A DNA stretch of 64,000 nucleotides from Patescibacteria group bacterium (GTDB taxonomy: Bacteria > Patescibacteriota > Patescibacteriia > UBA11705 > DATKZF01): assembly GCA_049319825.1 (NCBI GenBank), contig JBMORT010000008.1, positions 12,331 through 76,330 on the forward strand, written 5' to 3'. The translations under genes were made by a program, and so were the position numbers. The notes under the pieces were generated by a model. The model had not been told where the DNA came from, did not search any database, and was given only the letters and a program-made list of their open reading frames with translations. Shown here piece by piece: positions 40,679-49,758 of the stretch (position 1 is its first letter; the number at the start of each line of letters is the position of its first letter).

Positions 40679-41341
40679 ATGGAAAAACAAACACCCAAAC
40701 CCTCCTTCGCCGGCTTTGCCATAGTCGCGGCATTGATAAGCACTGTGCTAATTATCGGTCTTTTTCTATATTGGCAAAATAATCAGATGACAGAGCTCAA
40801 GAGCGAAATTGCTGAGCAGCAAAAAGCTTTAGAAACCAAAGTGGAAAAGATTGAAAACGGGGAAGCCTCTGCTGAGGCCCAGCCGATAGTCGAAGAAAAT
40901 ACCAGTCCGACAGCGAATTGGAAAAAAATGTCTGTTTTCGGATTTTCAATGCTTTATCCAAAGGATTGGACTGTACAAGAAGAAGAAGCGCCAAAAGACC
41001 ATGAAATATACTCCTTTTATGATGCTGACGACCAAAAAGTGGGCTGGCTCTACTGCCCGGTGCCGGAAACCGGCTTTGAAGGCATGCTTTATGACACTCA
41101 GAAAAGATTGTACAGAAAAGACGGCGAGCTTTACCAGGCAGAGCTTTGGGAAGGCCGGCCTGATGTAACCGATTATCCGGCATATGTTTCTGAAATTCCG
41201 AAAAAAGAAATGATAATCTTTACGAAGAAGCCGACTGAGGGAGATGAATATTTGGCCGGCGGAGATTCATGTATGATGATAATCAGAAATATTGAAGACA
41301 TGGTTCCAATAGCCACTGAGATTTATAACTCGTTTGAATAA
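40679..41341 (+). CDS. membrane-anchored surface protein
   Basis: TM plus coiled coil, FSMLYPKDW motif. Confidence 0.7.
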   Translation: MEKQTPKPSFAGFAIVAALISTVLIIGLFLYWQNNQMTELKSEIAEQQKALETKVEKIENGEASAEAQPIVEENTSPTANWKKMSVFGFSMLYPKDWTVQEEEAPKDHEIYSFYDADDQKVGWLYCPVPETGFEGMLYDTQKRLYRKDGELYQAELWEGRPDVTDYPAYVSEIPKKEMIIFTKKPTEGDEYLAGGDSCMMIIRNIEDMVPIATEIYNSFE

Positions 41342-41344
41342 TTT

Positions 41345-42277
41345 ATGAATCACAAAATAATTTTAGGAATTGCCGGGGGAATAGTGATTGCCGCGCTGGG
41401 GTTTGGAGTTTATTTGGCTGTCACCAATTTTTCGATTATTAAAAATATTGACTTGGGTCAAGACGCGGATGAGGGAAAAATCGAAAATTTCGACGAGTGC
41501 GCGGCCGCGGGCAATCCGGTGATGGAAAGCTATCCGCGCCAGTGCCGCACGGCCGACGGCCGGCTTTTTGTGGAAGAGATTGACGAGGATGAGTGGGAAT
41601 TTGATTCTGAGTGGGGAGTCGATTACGAGGTCCGTGGCTGCGATGAGGAAAAGCTTCGCGATCCGCTGGCGCAAGAAAAAAAAGACAGAATAGCCGACAT
41701 GACCATTGACGGCAATTATGTAAATTTCACGCATTATTTGAATTATGTTTGCTGCGCTGATATTGAAGTGGAAATAATGGATACAGTCGTCGAAGATGAT
41801 AAAACGACAATTAAATTGCTTGAATCAAATACCGGTGAAATGTGCCGCTGCGTCTGCGATTATGAAGTCGACATCACTCTCGGCTATCTTGATCCCTTCA
41901 AATATACAGTTGAAATGTACGGCGTCGAATTCGAAGGCGAACAAGAGCCGCAGCTTCTCTGGTCAAGAGATTTTCAAATCATTGAATCAGAAGAAGACGG
42001 AGCCGGCATCGGCCTGGCGAATCCGGCTTCAGCGTATTGCCAGGATTGGGGCGGCACTGTGGATATTCGGCATTTTATCGACGGGGATAAGGGATTCTGC
42101 CTGTTTGAGGACGGTTCTGAATGCGAAGAATGGGCATTTTATCGTGATGAATGCTGGGACGGAGAGGTTTTTTGCAAAGATTTATGCGGTGACGGCCAGT
42201 GCCGGGAAATAGTCTGTGAAGCGGTCGGGTGTCCGTGCTCGGAGACAGCCGAATCGTGCCCTGCAGATTGCCAATAA
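41345..42277 (+). CDS. Cys-rich surface protein with DUF333-like domain
   Basis: FDECAAAGNPVMESYPRQC and ANPASAYC..GG...C.....CEEW motifs. Confidence 0.78.
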   Translation: MNHKIILGIAGGIVIAALGFGVYLAVTNFSIIKNIDLGQDADEGKIENFDECAAAGNPVMESYPRQCRTADGRLFVEEIDEDEWEFDSEWGVDYEVRGCDEEKLRDPLAQEKKDRIADMTIDGNYVNFTHYLNYVCCADIEVEIMDTVVEDDKTTIKLLESNTGEMCRCVCDYEVDITLGYLDPFKYTVEMYGVEFEGEQEPQLLWSRDFQIIESEEDGAGIGLANPASAYCQDWGGTVDIRHFIDGDKGFCLFEDGSECEEWAFYRDECWDGEVFCKDLCGDGQCREIVCEAVGCPCSETAESCPADCQ

Positions 42278-42620
42278 CGTAAAATAACGCAAAATAACGC
42301 CAAAATAACGCAACATAACGCCAAAATAACGCAATATAACGCAACATAACGCCAAAATAACGCAATATAACGCAACATAACGCCAATATAACGCAACATA
42401 ACGCAAAATAACGCAATATAACGCAACATAACGCAAAATAACGCCAAAATAACGCAATATAACGCCAAAATAACGCAATATAACGCAACATAACGCCAAA
42501 ATAACGCAATATAACGCAACATAACGCCAATATAACGCAAAATAACGCAATATAACGCAACATAACGCAAAATAACGCCAAAATAACGCAATATAACGCC
42601 AACATAACGCATATAACGCC
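42274..42620. repeat. tandem array of 34 ATAACGC(C)AAH units (10/11 bp)
   Basis: Directly parsed: 22 ten-mers, 10 eleven-mers, 2 truncated terminal units. Confidence 0.95.
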
Positions 42621-42644
42621 CGGGTAAAACCGGGTTTTGTTTCT

Positions 42645-42769
42645 GGCCGATTCACGGCCGGCGCACGCGCCGGCCGCAGAGACGCGCCGCGGCGCGTCTC
42701 TGCACCGGACATGGTAAAACCGAATTCGAATTCGGTTTTACCATGTCCGGCCATGAATCGGCCCTGTTT
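42645..42769. repeat. four-way-junction structured repeat related to the 109-bp element
   Basis: Shares the GGTAAA.CCGAATTCG.ATTCGG.TTTACC hairpin and overall architecture. Confidence 0.8.
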
Positions 42770-42908
42770 ATAAATCGCTTGAAAATATTTTTTAAACACG
42801 ATATAATCTTGTCAGATTTTTGAAATTAATACATATAAATTTATGGGGATTTGGCGAAATCTTTTTTTATTTACACGGAGAATTGTCGGTTATTTTCCAT
42901 TGAAAATT

Positions 42909-44393
42909 ATGCCGAATTTTAAAAGCGTACGCAGTTGGATAATAATTGTTTTAATCGCCGGCGCTTTCATCGTGCCTGGGGTTTTTGCGCAAGAAAACGG
43001 ACTGATTCCATTGCCGGCCGACTCAGCGCATCCTGCGACCGAAACCGTGGCAGCGGAAAATGCTTCTGACCATTCTTCCGAAGCCGAGGAAGGACATGGC
43101 GCCGCGGCCGCGCAAACCTTCATGTGGATCGCCATTATTTTAGTCGCGGCCAAGCTGTCCAGCCTGGTCGAGCGATTCGGCCAGCCATCGGTATTGGGCG
43201 AATTGGTGATTGGCGTTGTTTTGGGTAATTTGGTTCTATTGGGTATTAATTTTTTCGAGCCGTTGAAAATGAATGAAACCATAACTTTCTTGGCGGAATT
43301 GGGTGTGGTTATTTTATTATTCCAAATCGGGCTTGAGTCCAACATCAAGGAGATGAAAAGAGTGGGAGTCAAAGCTTTTATTGTCGCCTGCGTTGGCGTG
43401 GTTGCTCCTTTTGTGCTGGGAACATACGTGGTGGGACCGATGCTTTTACCCGGTTTGTCCAGTAACGCCTATTTGTTTTTAGGCGCCGCTTTAACCGCCA
43501 CTTCGGTCGGCATCACCGCGAGAGTTTTTCAGGATTTGGGCAAATTAAAAATTCCGGAAGCGCAAATTATTTTAGGCGCGGCAGTTATTGACGACGTTCT
43601 GGGTTTGATTATCCTGGCCGTCGTCTCCGCCATCGTCACCATCGGCGCCGTGAGTATCGGTGCGATCAGCATTATTGTCGCCAAGGCGATTCTGTTTTTG
43701 GTCGGCGCCATAGTGGTCGGTCAATTGATCGCCAAATGGCTGGGCCGGGCTTTTGCCAAGATTCAGACTGGCGTGGGTATGAAATTTACCTTAGCCATCT
43801 GTTTTGGCCTGCTTTTTGCCTTTTTGGCGCAAAAAATCGGCTTGGCGCCGATTGTCGGCGCGTTCGCGGCCGGTCTGGTGCTCGATCCCGTTCATTTTAA
43901 ATATTTTAAAGATCCGAAAGTGGTTAGTGACATGAAAAAAGCGGTTGAAGGCGCGCCGATTGAAATTCAGGAGAAAGTCGAAGAAGCCATCGAGCCGCAC
44001 GCGCACCGGCATATTGAGGATTTGGTGGCGCCGGTAGGCATGTTTTTAATACCGATATTTTTTGTCATGACGGGCATGGGAGTAAAGCTGGAAACTCTAT
44101 TTAACGTAAAAATATTGCTGGTGGCGCTCGGCATCACCGTTGTCGCTTTTATCGGCAAATACATTACCGGATTTGTCGCCGGAAAGGGAGTGAATAAATC
44201 TATTATCGGATTTGGCATGGTGCCGCGCGGAGAGGTCGGTCTGATTTTCGCGTCAATCGGCAAAGCCTTGGGAGTGGTGTCTGATTCTGTCTATTCGGTA
44301 ATCGTTATAATGGTAATATTAACAACACTGCTGACGCCGCCAATTTTGACTGTTTTATTGAAAAGACATGATCAAAAAGTAAAAATCGCTTGA
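42909..44393 (+). CDS. cation:proton antiporter (CPA2 family)
   Basis: QPSVLGEL, LLFQIGLE, ATSVGI, AAVIDD, GAFAAG, MVPRGEV. Confidence 0.92.
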   Translation: MPNFKSVRSWIIIVLIAGAFIVPGVFAQENGLIPLPADSAHPATETVAAENASDHSSEAEEGHGAAAAQTFMWIAIILVAAKLSSLVERFGQPSVLGELVIGVVLGNLVLLGINFFEPLKMNETITFLAELGVVILLFQIGLESNIKEMKRVGVKAFIVACVGVVAPFVLGTYVVGPMLLPGLSSNAYLFLGAALTATSVGITARVFQDLGKLKIPEAQIILGAAVIDDVLGLIILAVVSAIVTIGAVSIGAISIIVAKAILFLVGAIVVGQLIAKWLGRAFAKIQTGVGMKFTLAICFGLLFAFLAQKIGLAPIVGAFAAGLVLDPVHFKYFKDPKVVSDMKKAVEGAPIEIQEKVEEAIEPHAHRHIEDLVAPVGMFLIPIFFVMTGMGVKLETLFNVKILLVALGITVVAFIGKYITGFVAGKGVNKSIIGFGMVPRGEVGLIFASIGKALGVVSDSVYSVIVIMVILTTLLTPPILTVLLKRHDQKVKIA

Positions 44394-44522
44394 TAATATT
44401 AAAAATTCTGCCCATAATTGGGCCGTTTTTTAGTATAAAGAGTACTGCTTGAGGAATCTTGACCAAAATTTTATTTTAAGTTATAATTTGACAATCGCAT
44501 GTCGGAAAAAGGGGGATGAGAC

Positions 44523-44720
44523 ATGCTCGGTAATAAGGAAAAGCAAAAAATCGCGTGCGTTAGTTGCGTGTTTTTTTCTTTCCTGGCCATTGTGTTTATT
44601 TTATATCAGCTGTTTTGGCCGCAAGTTGTCTGCTGGGGATTCGCTATTTTTTTCAGAGAGTATTGGGAGTGGCTCAAGCGGAAAAACAATAAATTTTTTT
44701 TGACTTCACAAGTCAAATGA
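44523..44720 (+). CDS. small hypothetical membrane protein
   Basis: 65-aa hydrophobic ORF with AAGGGGG RBS and TTGACC...TATAAT promoter. Confidence 0.5.
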   Translation: MLGNKEKQKIACVSCVFFSFLAIVFILYQLFWPQVVCWGFAIFFREYWEWLKRKNNKFFLTSQVK

Positions 44721-44823
44721 TTGGCACAGATTAATTTCTGTGCTTTTTTTGCGAAATGCGAAAGGTGAGAGGCGATAGGCAGAGGAGAGAGATTGGATAA
44801 TGCTGCAGCGCCCTGCCCTCGTT

Positions 44824-44890
44824 GTTATTTCGACCGACCCTGAGCGAGTGAGGTTTAAACGAACGAGTCGAAGGGGAGTGGAGAAATCTC
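44824..44890. repeat. nested REP-like palindromic element
   Basis: GTTATTTCGACCGA...GGAGAAATCT ends with inserted CTGAGCG...AGTCGAAGGG. Confidence 0.55.
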
Positions 44891-44983
44891 CCATTTCGTT
44901 TTTTCATTTTATCCTCCGCAGCCTTTTAATTCGTGCCTCAAAATGATACAATTTCTTTATTGCTCATTGACAAGGAGGCAGAC

Positions 44984-46456
44984 ATGAAGGTCGCGCTGAT
45001 CGAACCCGGCGCTCCGGGCTATCATGTTTTTAAAAAGTTTGTCCTGCCCAGGCTGGGCTTGCCGATTTTGGGAGCAATACTGAAAAATTTGGGACATGAG
45101 GTCAGAATTTTCTGCGAAGATCTGGCCAAAATCGACTGGGATTTCATCGGCCAGGCTGATTTGATCGGCATTTCCACTATCACTTGCACTGCGGAAAGAG
45201 CTTATGACATCGCCAAGCGAGTAAAAAAAGACTGGCCGAATAAGCCGGTGGTCATGGGCGGCGCCCATGTGACATTCTTAGCAGAAGAAGCATTGGATAA
45301 TGGCGCCGATATTGTTGTCAGAAAAGAAGGCGAGCAAACAATAATTGAAATTGTCGCTTGGCTGGAAAACAAAATCGAGCTGCCCGAAATCAAGGGTATT
45401 TCATACAAAGTCGCCGGAAAAGTCATTGATAATCCGGACAGGGAACAGGATAAGGATGTTTTCGATCATATCCCGTTCCCGGCTTTGGAATTGATCGAAG
45501 GGTATCGAAAAATGAGGGCTATCCCCATTCAAACTTCCCGCGGCTGCCAGTATAAATGCGAATTCTGCTCGGTCACTCCCATGTTCGGCAGAAATTTGCG
45601 CTGTGCCGGCACCGAAGCGATTATTTTTGAAACTGAAAGACTGGTCAGGTTGATGCCGCGTCGTCCGATTTTTTACTATGATGATAATTTTGTCAGTCAG
45701 CCGAATCGTACCAAAGAAATATTGCGCGGTTTGATCGAATTGCGTAAAAAGTTAGGGGTGAAGTTCAGCTGGTCAGCCCAAGTGACAGTCAAAGCAGCCA
45801 AAGACGATGAATTGATGAAGCTCTTCAAAGACGCCGGCTGCAACCAGGTGTTTGTCGGCTTTGAATCAATCAATCCCAAAACTCTTGAAGAATGGCATAA
45901 AAGCCAGAATGTTGACGAAATCAGAAGATGCATTAAAGCATTTCATCAGTTTGGCATCGCTGTTCACGGCATGTTTGTGCTCGGCAGCGATAATGATGAT
46001 TTGAATACAGTAAAAGAAACGGTCAAGTTTGCCATTGAAATGAAAATTGATACGGTGATGTTTTCCATTCTGACGCCGCTGCCCGGCACGGCGATCTATG
46101 AAAAACTGGATAGAGAAGGCCGGCTGCTTTCCAAATCCTGGCGGTATTATGACTCGCATCATGCGGTTTTCGAGCCGAAACTGATCAGCGCCTGGCAGCT
46201 GCAAAAAGCGGTCATGCTCGGCGCCATGCCCAGATTTTATTCCTGGGGCCGGGTGATTAAGCGGGCGCTGGCATCGCTGCTGCCTCCGTACAGTTCAAAA
46301 AAGCAAGGGTTTCGGAACTTTTTATTGACGATATACGGCCATATTACGCTTAGAAAGTTTCGCAAAGAAAAGGGAGAGCAGAGATTTTTAAGGTGGCTGA
46401 AAAGCTTGCCGGCCAAACTCAAGAGAAAAAAGGATCAACAGATCGAAATCAGCTGA
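44984..46456 (+). CDS. B12-binding-domain radical SAM protein
   Basis: VMGGAH, TSRGCQYKCEFC (CxxxCxxC), YDDNF, GFES, TPLPGT; AAGGAGG RBS. Confidence 0.92.
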   Translation: MKVALIEPGAPGYHVFKKFVLPRLGLPILGAILKNLGHEVRIFCEDLAKIDWDFIGQADLIGISTITCTAERAYDIAKRVKKDWPNKPVVMGGAHVTFLAEEALDNGADIVVRKEGEQTIIEIVAWLENKIELPEIKGISYKVAGKVIDNPDREQDKDVFDHIPFPALELIEGYRKMRAIPIQTSRGCQYKCEFCSVTPMFGRNLRCAGTEAIIFETERLVRLMPRRPIFYYDDNFVSQPNRTKEILRGLIELRKKLGVKFSWSAQVTVKAAKDDELMKLFKDAGCNQVFVGFESINPKTLEEWHKSQNVDEIRRCIKAFHQFGIAVHGMFVLGSDNDDLNTVKETVKFAIEMKIDTVMFSILTPLPGTAIYEKLDREGRLLSKSWRYYDSHHAVFEPKLISAWQLQKAVMLGAMPRFYSWGRVIKRALASLLPPYSSKKQGFRNFLLTIYGHITLRKFRKEKGEQRFLRWLKSLPAKLKRKKDQQIEIS

Positions 46457-46797
46457 ACATCATTTGTCCAGCTTTTTTTGTGTATTGTGAGGCGGCAGCT
46501 TGACATTTGCCCATTTTTGAGGTTAGATGCTATAATATAATCAGGTAAGGTTAACAATTAAATTTATGAAGAAAAGATTTTACATCTTCATGGTTATCCT
46601 TGCTTCAGCCATGCTAAGCATTATGCTAGTTTCAATCATCGTAGACTGATGAAAAAAAGGACAATAAATTTGCTCATTATTTTGTTTTTTTTAAAAAATA
46701 TGGCCAGATGCTGCGGTTGCGCCAGCTGCGCGCCCAAAAAAATCGCCAAAAAAAAAGCGGTTAAAAAGAAAAAATAAATGATTCATTAAATATAAAT

Positions 46798-47022
46798 ATG
46801 AAAAAGTTGGCATTGGCTCAATTTATTGTTTTAATACTGGGAACTGTCTTTGCCTGGATAAATTTTGTTTATGAATTTATTCAGTGGCGGCGATCCGGCT
46901 CCTGCGCCGCTTGCGTGATCGGTGAGATAAAAAATCCCTTTTTATCTCCGTGTTTTTATGGCGCTATTTTTTTTACCATTGCCGCGGTGTTAAGCGGGCT
47001 GATGGTGAAACGATCGGAGTAA
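46798..47022 (+). CDS. small two-TM membrane protein with CxxC loop
   Basis: 74-aa ORF, CAAC...NPFLSPCFYGA; coupled to ABC operon. Confidence 0.65.
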   Translation: MKKLALAQFIVLILGTVFAWINFVYEFIQWRRSGSCAACVIGEIKNPFLSPCFYGAIFFTIAAVLSGLMVKRSE

Positions 47023-47025
47023 TTT

Positions 47026-47820
47026 ATGGCCAACATCATTGAAGTTAAAAATTTAACCAAGCAATTCAGGGATTTCAAAGCCGTTGATGATGTTTCTTTT
47101 ACCGTTCGCGCCGGAGAAGTTTTTGCGTTTTTAGGTCCGAATGGCGCCGGCAAGACTACCACCATTAAAATTCTGACCACCTTGCTTCATGCGACGTCCG
47201 GCAGCGCTGTTATCAACGGATTTGATTTGGAATCATCAAAAAATGACATTCGAAAATCTTTTGGCATTGTGTTTCAGGATCAAAGCTTGGATGATGAATT
47301 GACAGCATTTGAAAATATGTATTTTCACGCGGTACTTTTTGATGTCCCGAAGAAGGTAAGAAAAGAAAAAATTAAAAAATTACTTGATTTCGTGGAACTT
47401 TGGGATCGAAGAAAAGATCAGGTAAAAAAGTTTTCCGGCGGCATGAAACGCCGCTTGGAAATTGCCCGTGGCTTGCTGCATCATCCCAAAATTATTTTTT
47501 TAGACGAGCCGACGCTCGGGCTTGACCCGCAAACAAGAAATCACATTTGGGAGTACATGATGGATATAAATAAAACGGAAGGGGTGACCGTTTTTCTTAC
47601 CACGCATTATATGGATGAAGTAGAAAAGGTCGCCGATCGAGTGGCGATTATCGATCAGGGTAAGATAATTTCCATTGGTACTGTTGAGGAGCTGAAATCC
47701 CAATCCGGAGCAGGATCTTTGGAAGAAGTGTTTCTAAAATTAACCGGCCGCCAAATTAGAGAAGAAAACGCTGACGCCACCGATGATATGAGAATGAGGC
47801 GGGCCGTTTTCAGAAAGTAA
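47026..47820 (+). CDS. ABC exporter ATP-binding protein (DrrA-like)
   Basis: GPNGAGKTT, FSGGMKRR, LDEPTLGLDP, TTHYM. Confidence 0.95.
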   Translation: MANIIEVKNLTKQFRDFKAVDDVSFTVRAGEVFAFLGPNGAGKTTTIKILTTLLHATSGSAVINGFDLESSKNDIRKSFGIVFQDQSLDDELTAFENMYFHAVLFDVPKKVRKEKIKKLLDFVELWDRRKDQVKKFSGGMKRRLEIARGLLHHPKIIFLDEPTLGLDPQTRNHIWEYMMDINKTEGVTVFLTTHYMDEVEKVADRVAIIDQGKIISIGTVEELKSQSGAGSLEEVFLKLTGRQIREENADATDDMRMRRAVFRK

Positions 47821-47821
47821 T

Positions 47822-48568
47822 ATGAAGACAATATACATTTTATGGCTTAGACAAATTAAAAGATTTTTTCGATCAAAGTCTAGAATCATCGGATCGCTCG
47901 GACAGCCATTGTTGTTTTTGGTCGCGCTGGGGTTCGGGCTGGGCCCGGTTTATCAAAAAGCCGGCGAAGGCGATTACCTGCAATTTTTAGCGCCGGGAAT
48001 AATCGCTATGGCCATATTATTCATGTCGATATTTACGGGCATGGAAGTGATTTGGGATAAACAGTTCGGTTTTTTAAAGGAAACATTGGTCGCGCCGGTC
48101 CCACGGTATCAAATTATGCTTGGCCGAACATTGGGCGGGGCGACAGTCGCCATTTTTCAGGGAGCGATCATTTTCGCGCTGACGCTAGCTCTGGGTTTTC
48201 GGCCGGAGAATTGGGCGCTCATGCCGCTCAGCCTGGTGTTTATCGTTTTAATTGCCTTTATATTCGCCTCATTAGGCACGGCCATCGCTTCTTTAATGAA
48301 AGACATGCACGGATTTCAGTTAATTATGAATTTTTTGGTCATGCCGATATTTTTTCTTTCCGGAGCGATTTTTCCGCTTGAAGGATTGCCTAAAGCGCTC
48401 GAAATTGCCGTTAAGATAGATCCGATGTCATACGGAGTCGACGGGCTTAGAGGGTCTTTGGCCGGCCTGTCGCATTTGGGGCTGGGTTTGGATTTGGCTT
48501 TATTATCCATACTAAGCCTGCTGTTTCTAATTTTGGGCAGCTATTTTTTTTCCAAGATCGAGGTGTAA
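47822..48568 (+). CDS. ABC-2 type permease (DrrB-like)
   Basis: FLAPGI, GFLKETLVAP, FLSGAIFP; multiple TMs. Confidence 0.92.
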   Translation: MKTIYILWLRQIKRFFRSKSRIIGSLGQPLLFLVALGFGLGPVYQKAGEGDYLQFLAPGIIAMAILFMSIFTGMEVIWDKQFGFLKETLVAPVPRYQIMLGRTLGGATVAIFQGAIIFALTLALGFRPENWALMPLSLVFIVLIAFIFASLGTAIASLMKDMHGFQLIMNFLVMPIFFLSGAIFPLEGLPKALEIAVKIDPMSYGVDGLRGSLAGLSHLGLGLDLALLSILSLLFLILGSYFFSKIEV

Positions 48569-48692
48569 GAATATCTTAATTTAAGTAAAAAGTCCGGGCA
48601 GCGCTCCGGTCTTTTTTTAAAATGGCCGGCGGCTTTGGCTAATTTTATTGAATCGTGTTAAAATTAAGTCAGTATTATTAAAGATAAAATTT

Positions 48693-48974
48693 ATGATGTC
48701 ACAAATTCCCTTTGAACTCGGTAAAATCAATCCTGATGATATTGACAGGGAAATTTTAAGAGCCGGCATTATCGCCGAGCTTGACGCGGTGAATCTTTAC
48801 GAGCAGCTGGCGTCGATGACCGATAACCAAGATTTGAAAAAAGTTTTCGCTGACATTGCCAAGGAAGAAAAGACTCATGTCGGCGAATTTCAAGCGCTTT
48901 TACTCAAACTTGATAAAGAACAGGTCGATGAGCTTGAAGGCGGCCGAAAAGAGGTGGAAGAATTAACGAAATAA
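48693..48974 (+). CDS. ferritin-like/rubrerythrin family protein
   Basis: AELDAVNLYEQ and EEKTHVGEF ExxH di-iron motifs. Confidence 0.85.
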   Translation: MMSQIPFELGKINPDDIDREILRAGIIAELDAVNLYEQLASMTDNQDLKKVFADIAKEEKTHVGEFQALLLKLDKEQVDELEGGRKEVEELTK

Positions 48975-48993
48975 TTTTTTAAAAAGAAAATCT

Positions 48994-49593
48994 ATGCATG
49001 AGTATTATAATTTGCCGGATTTGCCTTACGGCTACGCCGATCTGGCTCCGTACATAAGCGAGGAGCAATTAAAAATTCATCATACCAAGCATCATCAGGG
49101 TTATGTCAATGCGGCTAATAAGATTTTTAATATGCTGGCTGAAGCCAGAAAAAGCGGTTCTGAGCTTGACGTCAAAGCGACTTTAAAAGAATTGTCTTTT
49201 AATGTGGCCGGGCATTTGCTTCACTCTCTTTTTTGGACAAAAATGGCGCCTCAAGGCGCGGGAGGAGAGCCCGGCGATTTGGGGAAAGCATTGGCTGAGG
49301 AATTCGGATCGGTCGAGAGGTTTAAGGATGAATTTAGCCTGGCGGCTGTTTCCGCGGAAGGTTCTGGCTGGGCAGTTTTAACCTATGATCCCTTGGTAAA
49401 AAAGTTAATGATTACCCAGATTGAAAAGCACAACGTGAACCTGGTACCAAGCCTCCCCGTTTTGATGGCGCTTGATGTCTGGGAGCATGCATATTATCTG
49501 GATTATAAAAATGAACGAGCCAAATTTGTCGAGGCGTTTTGGAATATTGTCAATTGGCATGGTATTAATGAGAGATTTAAGAAATTTCAATAA
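48994..49593 (+). CDS. Fe/Mn superoxide dismutase
   Basis: HHTKHHQGY, HSLFW, GSGW, DVWEHAYY. Confidence 0.96.
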   Translation: MHEYYNLPDLPYGYADLAPYISEEQLKIHHTKHHQGYVNAANKIFNMLAEARKSGSELDVKATLKELSFNVAGHLLHSLFWTKMAPQGAGGEPGDLGKALAEEFGSVERFKDEFSLAAVSAEGSGWAVLTYDPLVKKLMITQIEKHNVNLVPSLPVLMALDVWEHAYYLDYKNERAKFVEAFWNIVNWHGINERFKKFQ

Positions 49594-49603
49594 ATAATTA
49601 TGG

Positions 49604-49750
49604 AAACAGGCCCGCGGCTTGCAGGAACGCAAAATTTCGTGTGCCTGCAAGCCGCATTTTTATCCGCGCGGGCGATGCGCGTTCGCGCCTGGCAGGAACA
49701 CAAAATTTTGTGTTCCTGCGCGCCCGCCGGTGGCGGGCCGCCCGCGCGGC
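49604..49750. repeat. GC-rich multi-hairpin REP-like element
   Basis: GCAGGAACACAAAATTTTGTGTTCCTGC palindrome plus a variant copy inside a CCGCGCGGGC closing stem. Confidence 0.7.
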
Positions 49751-49758
49751 AATACATT

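Noticed and set aside
42274-42620. Possible CRISPR array
   Set aside because: Units are 10-11 bp with no unique spacers, and no cas genes are present
42075-42799. Three long minus-strand ORFs (VILRYFALCC...)
   Set aside because: Artefacts of the ATAACGC array lacking stops on the minus strand; all three frames give the same repeat peptide
49600-49758. N-terminal extension of the OGG ORF
   Set aside because: Read-through of a palindromic repeat; the likely start is ATG 49759
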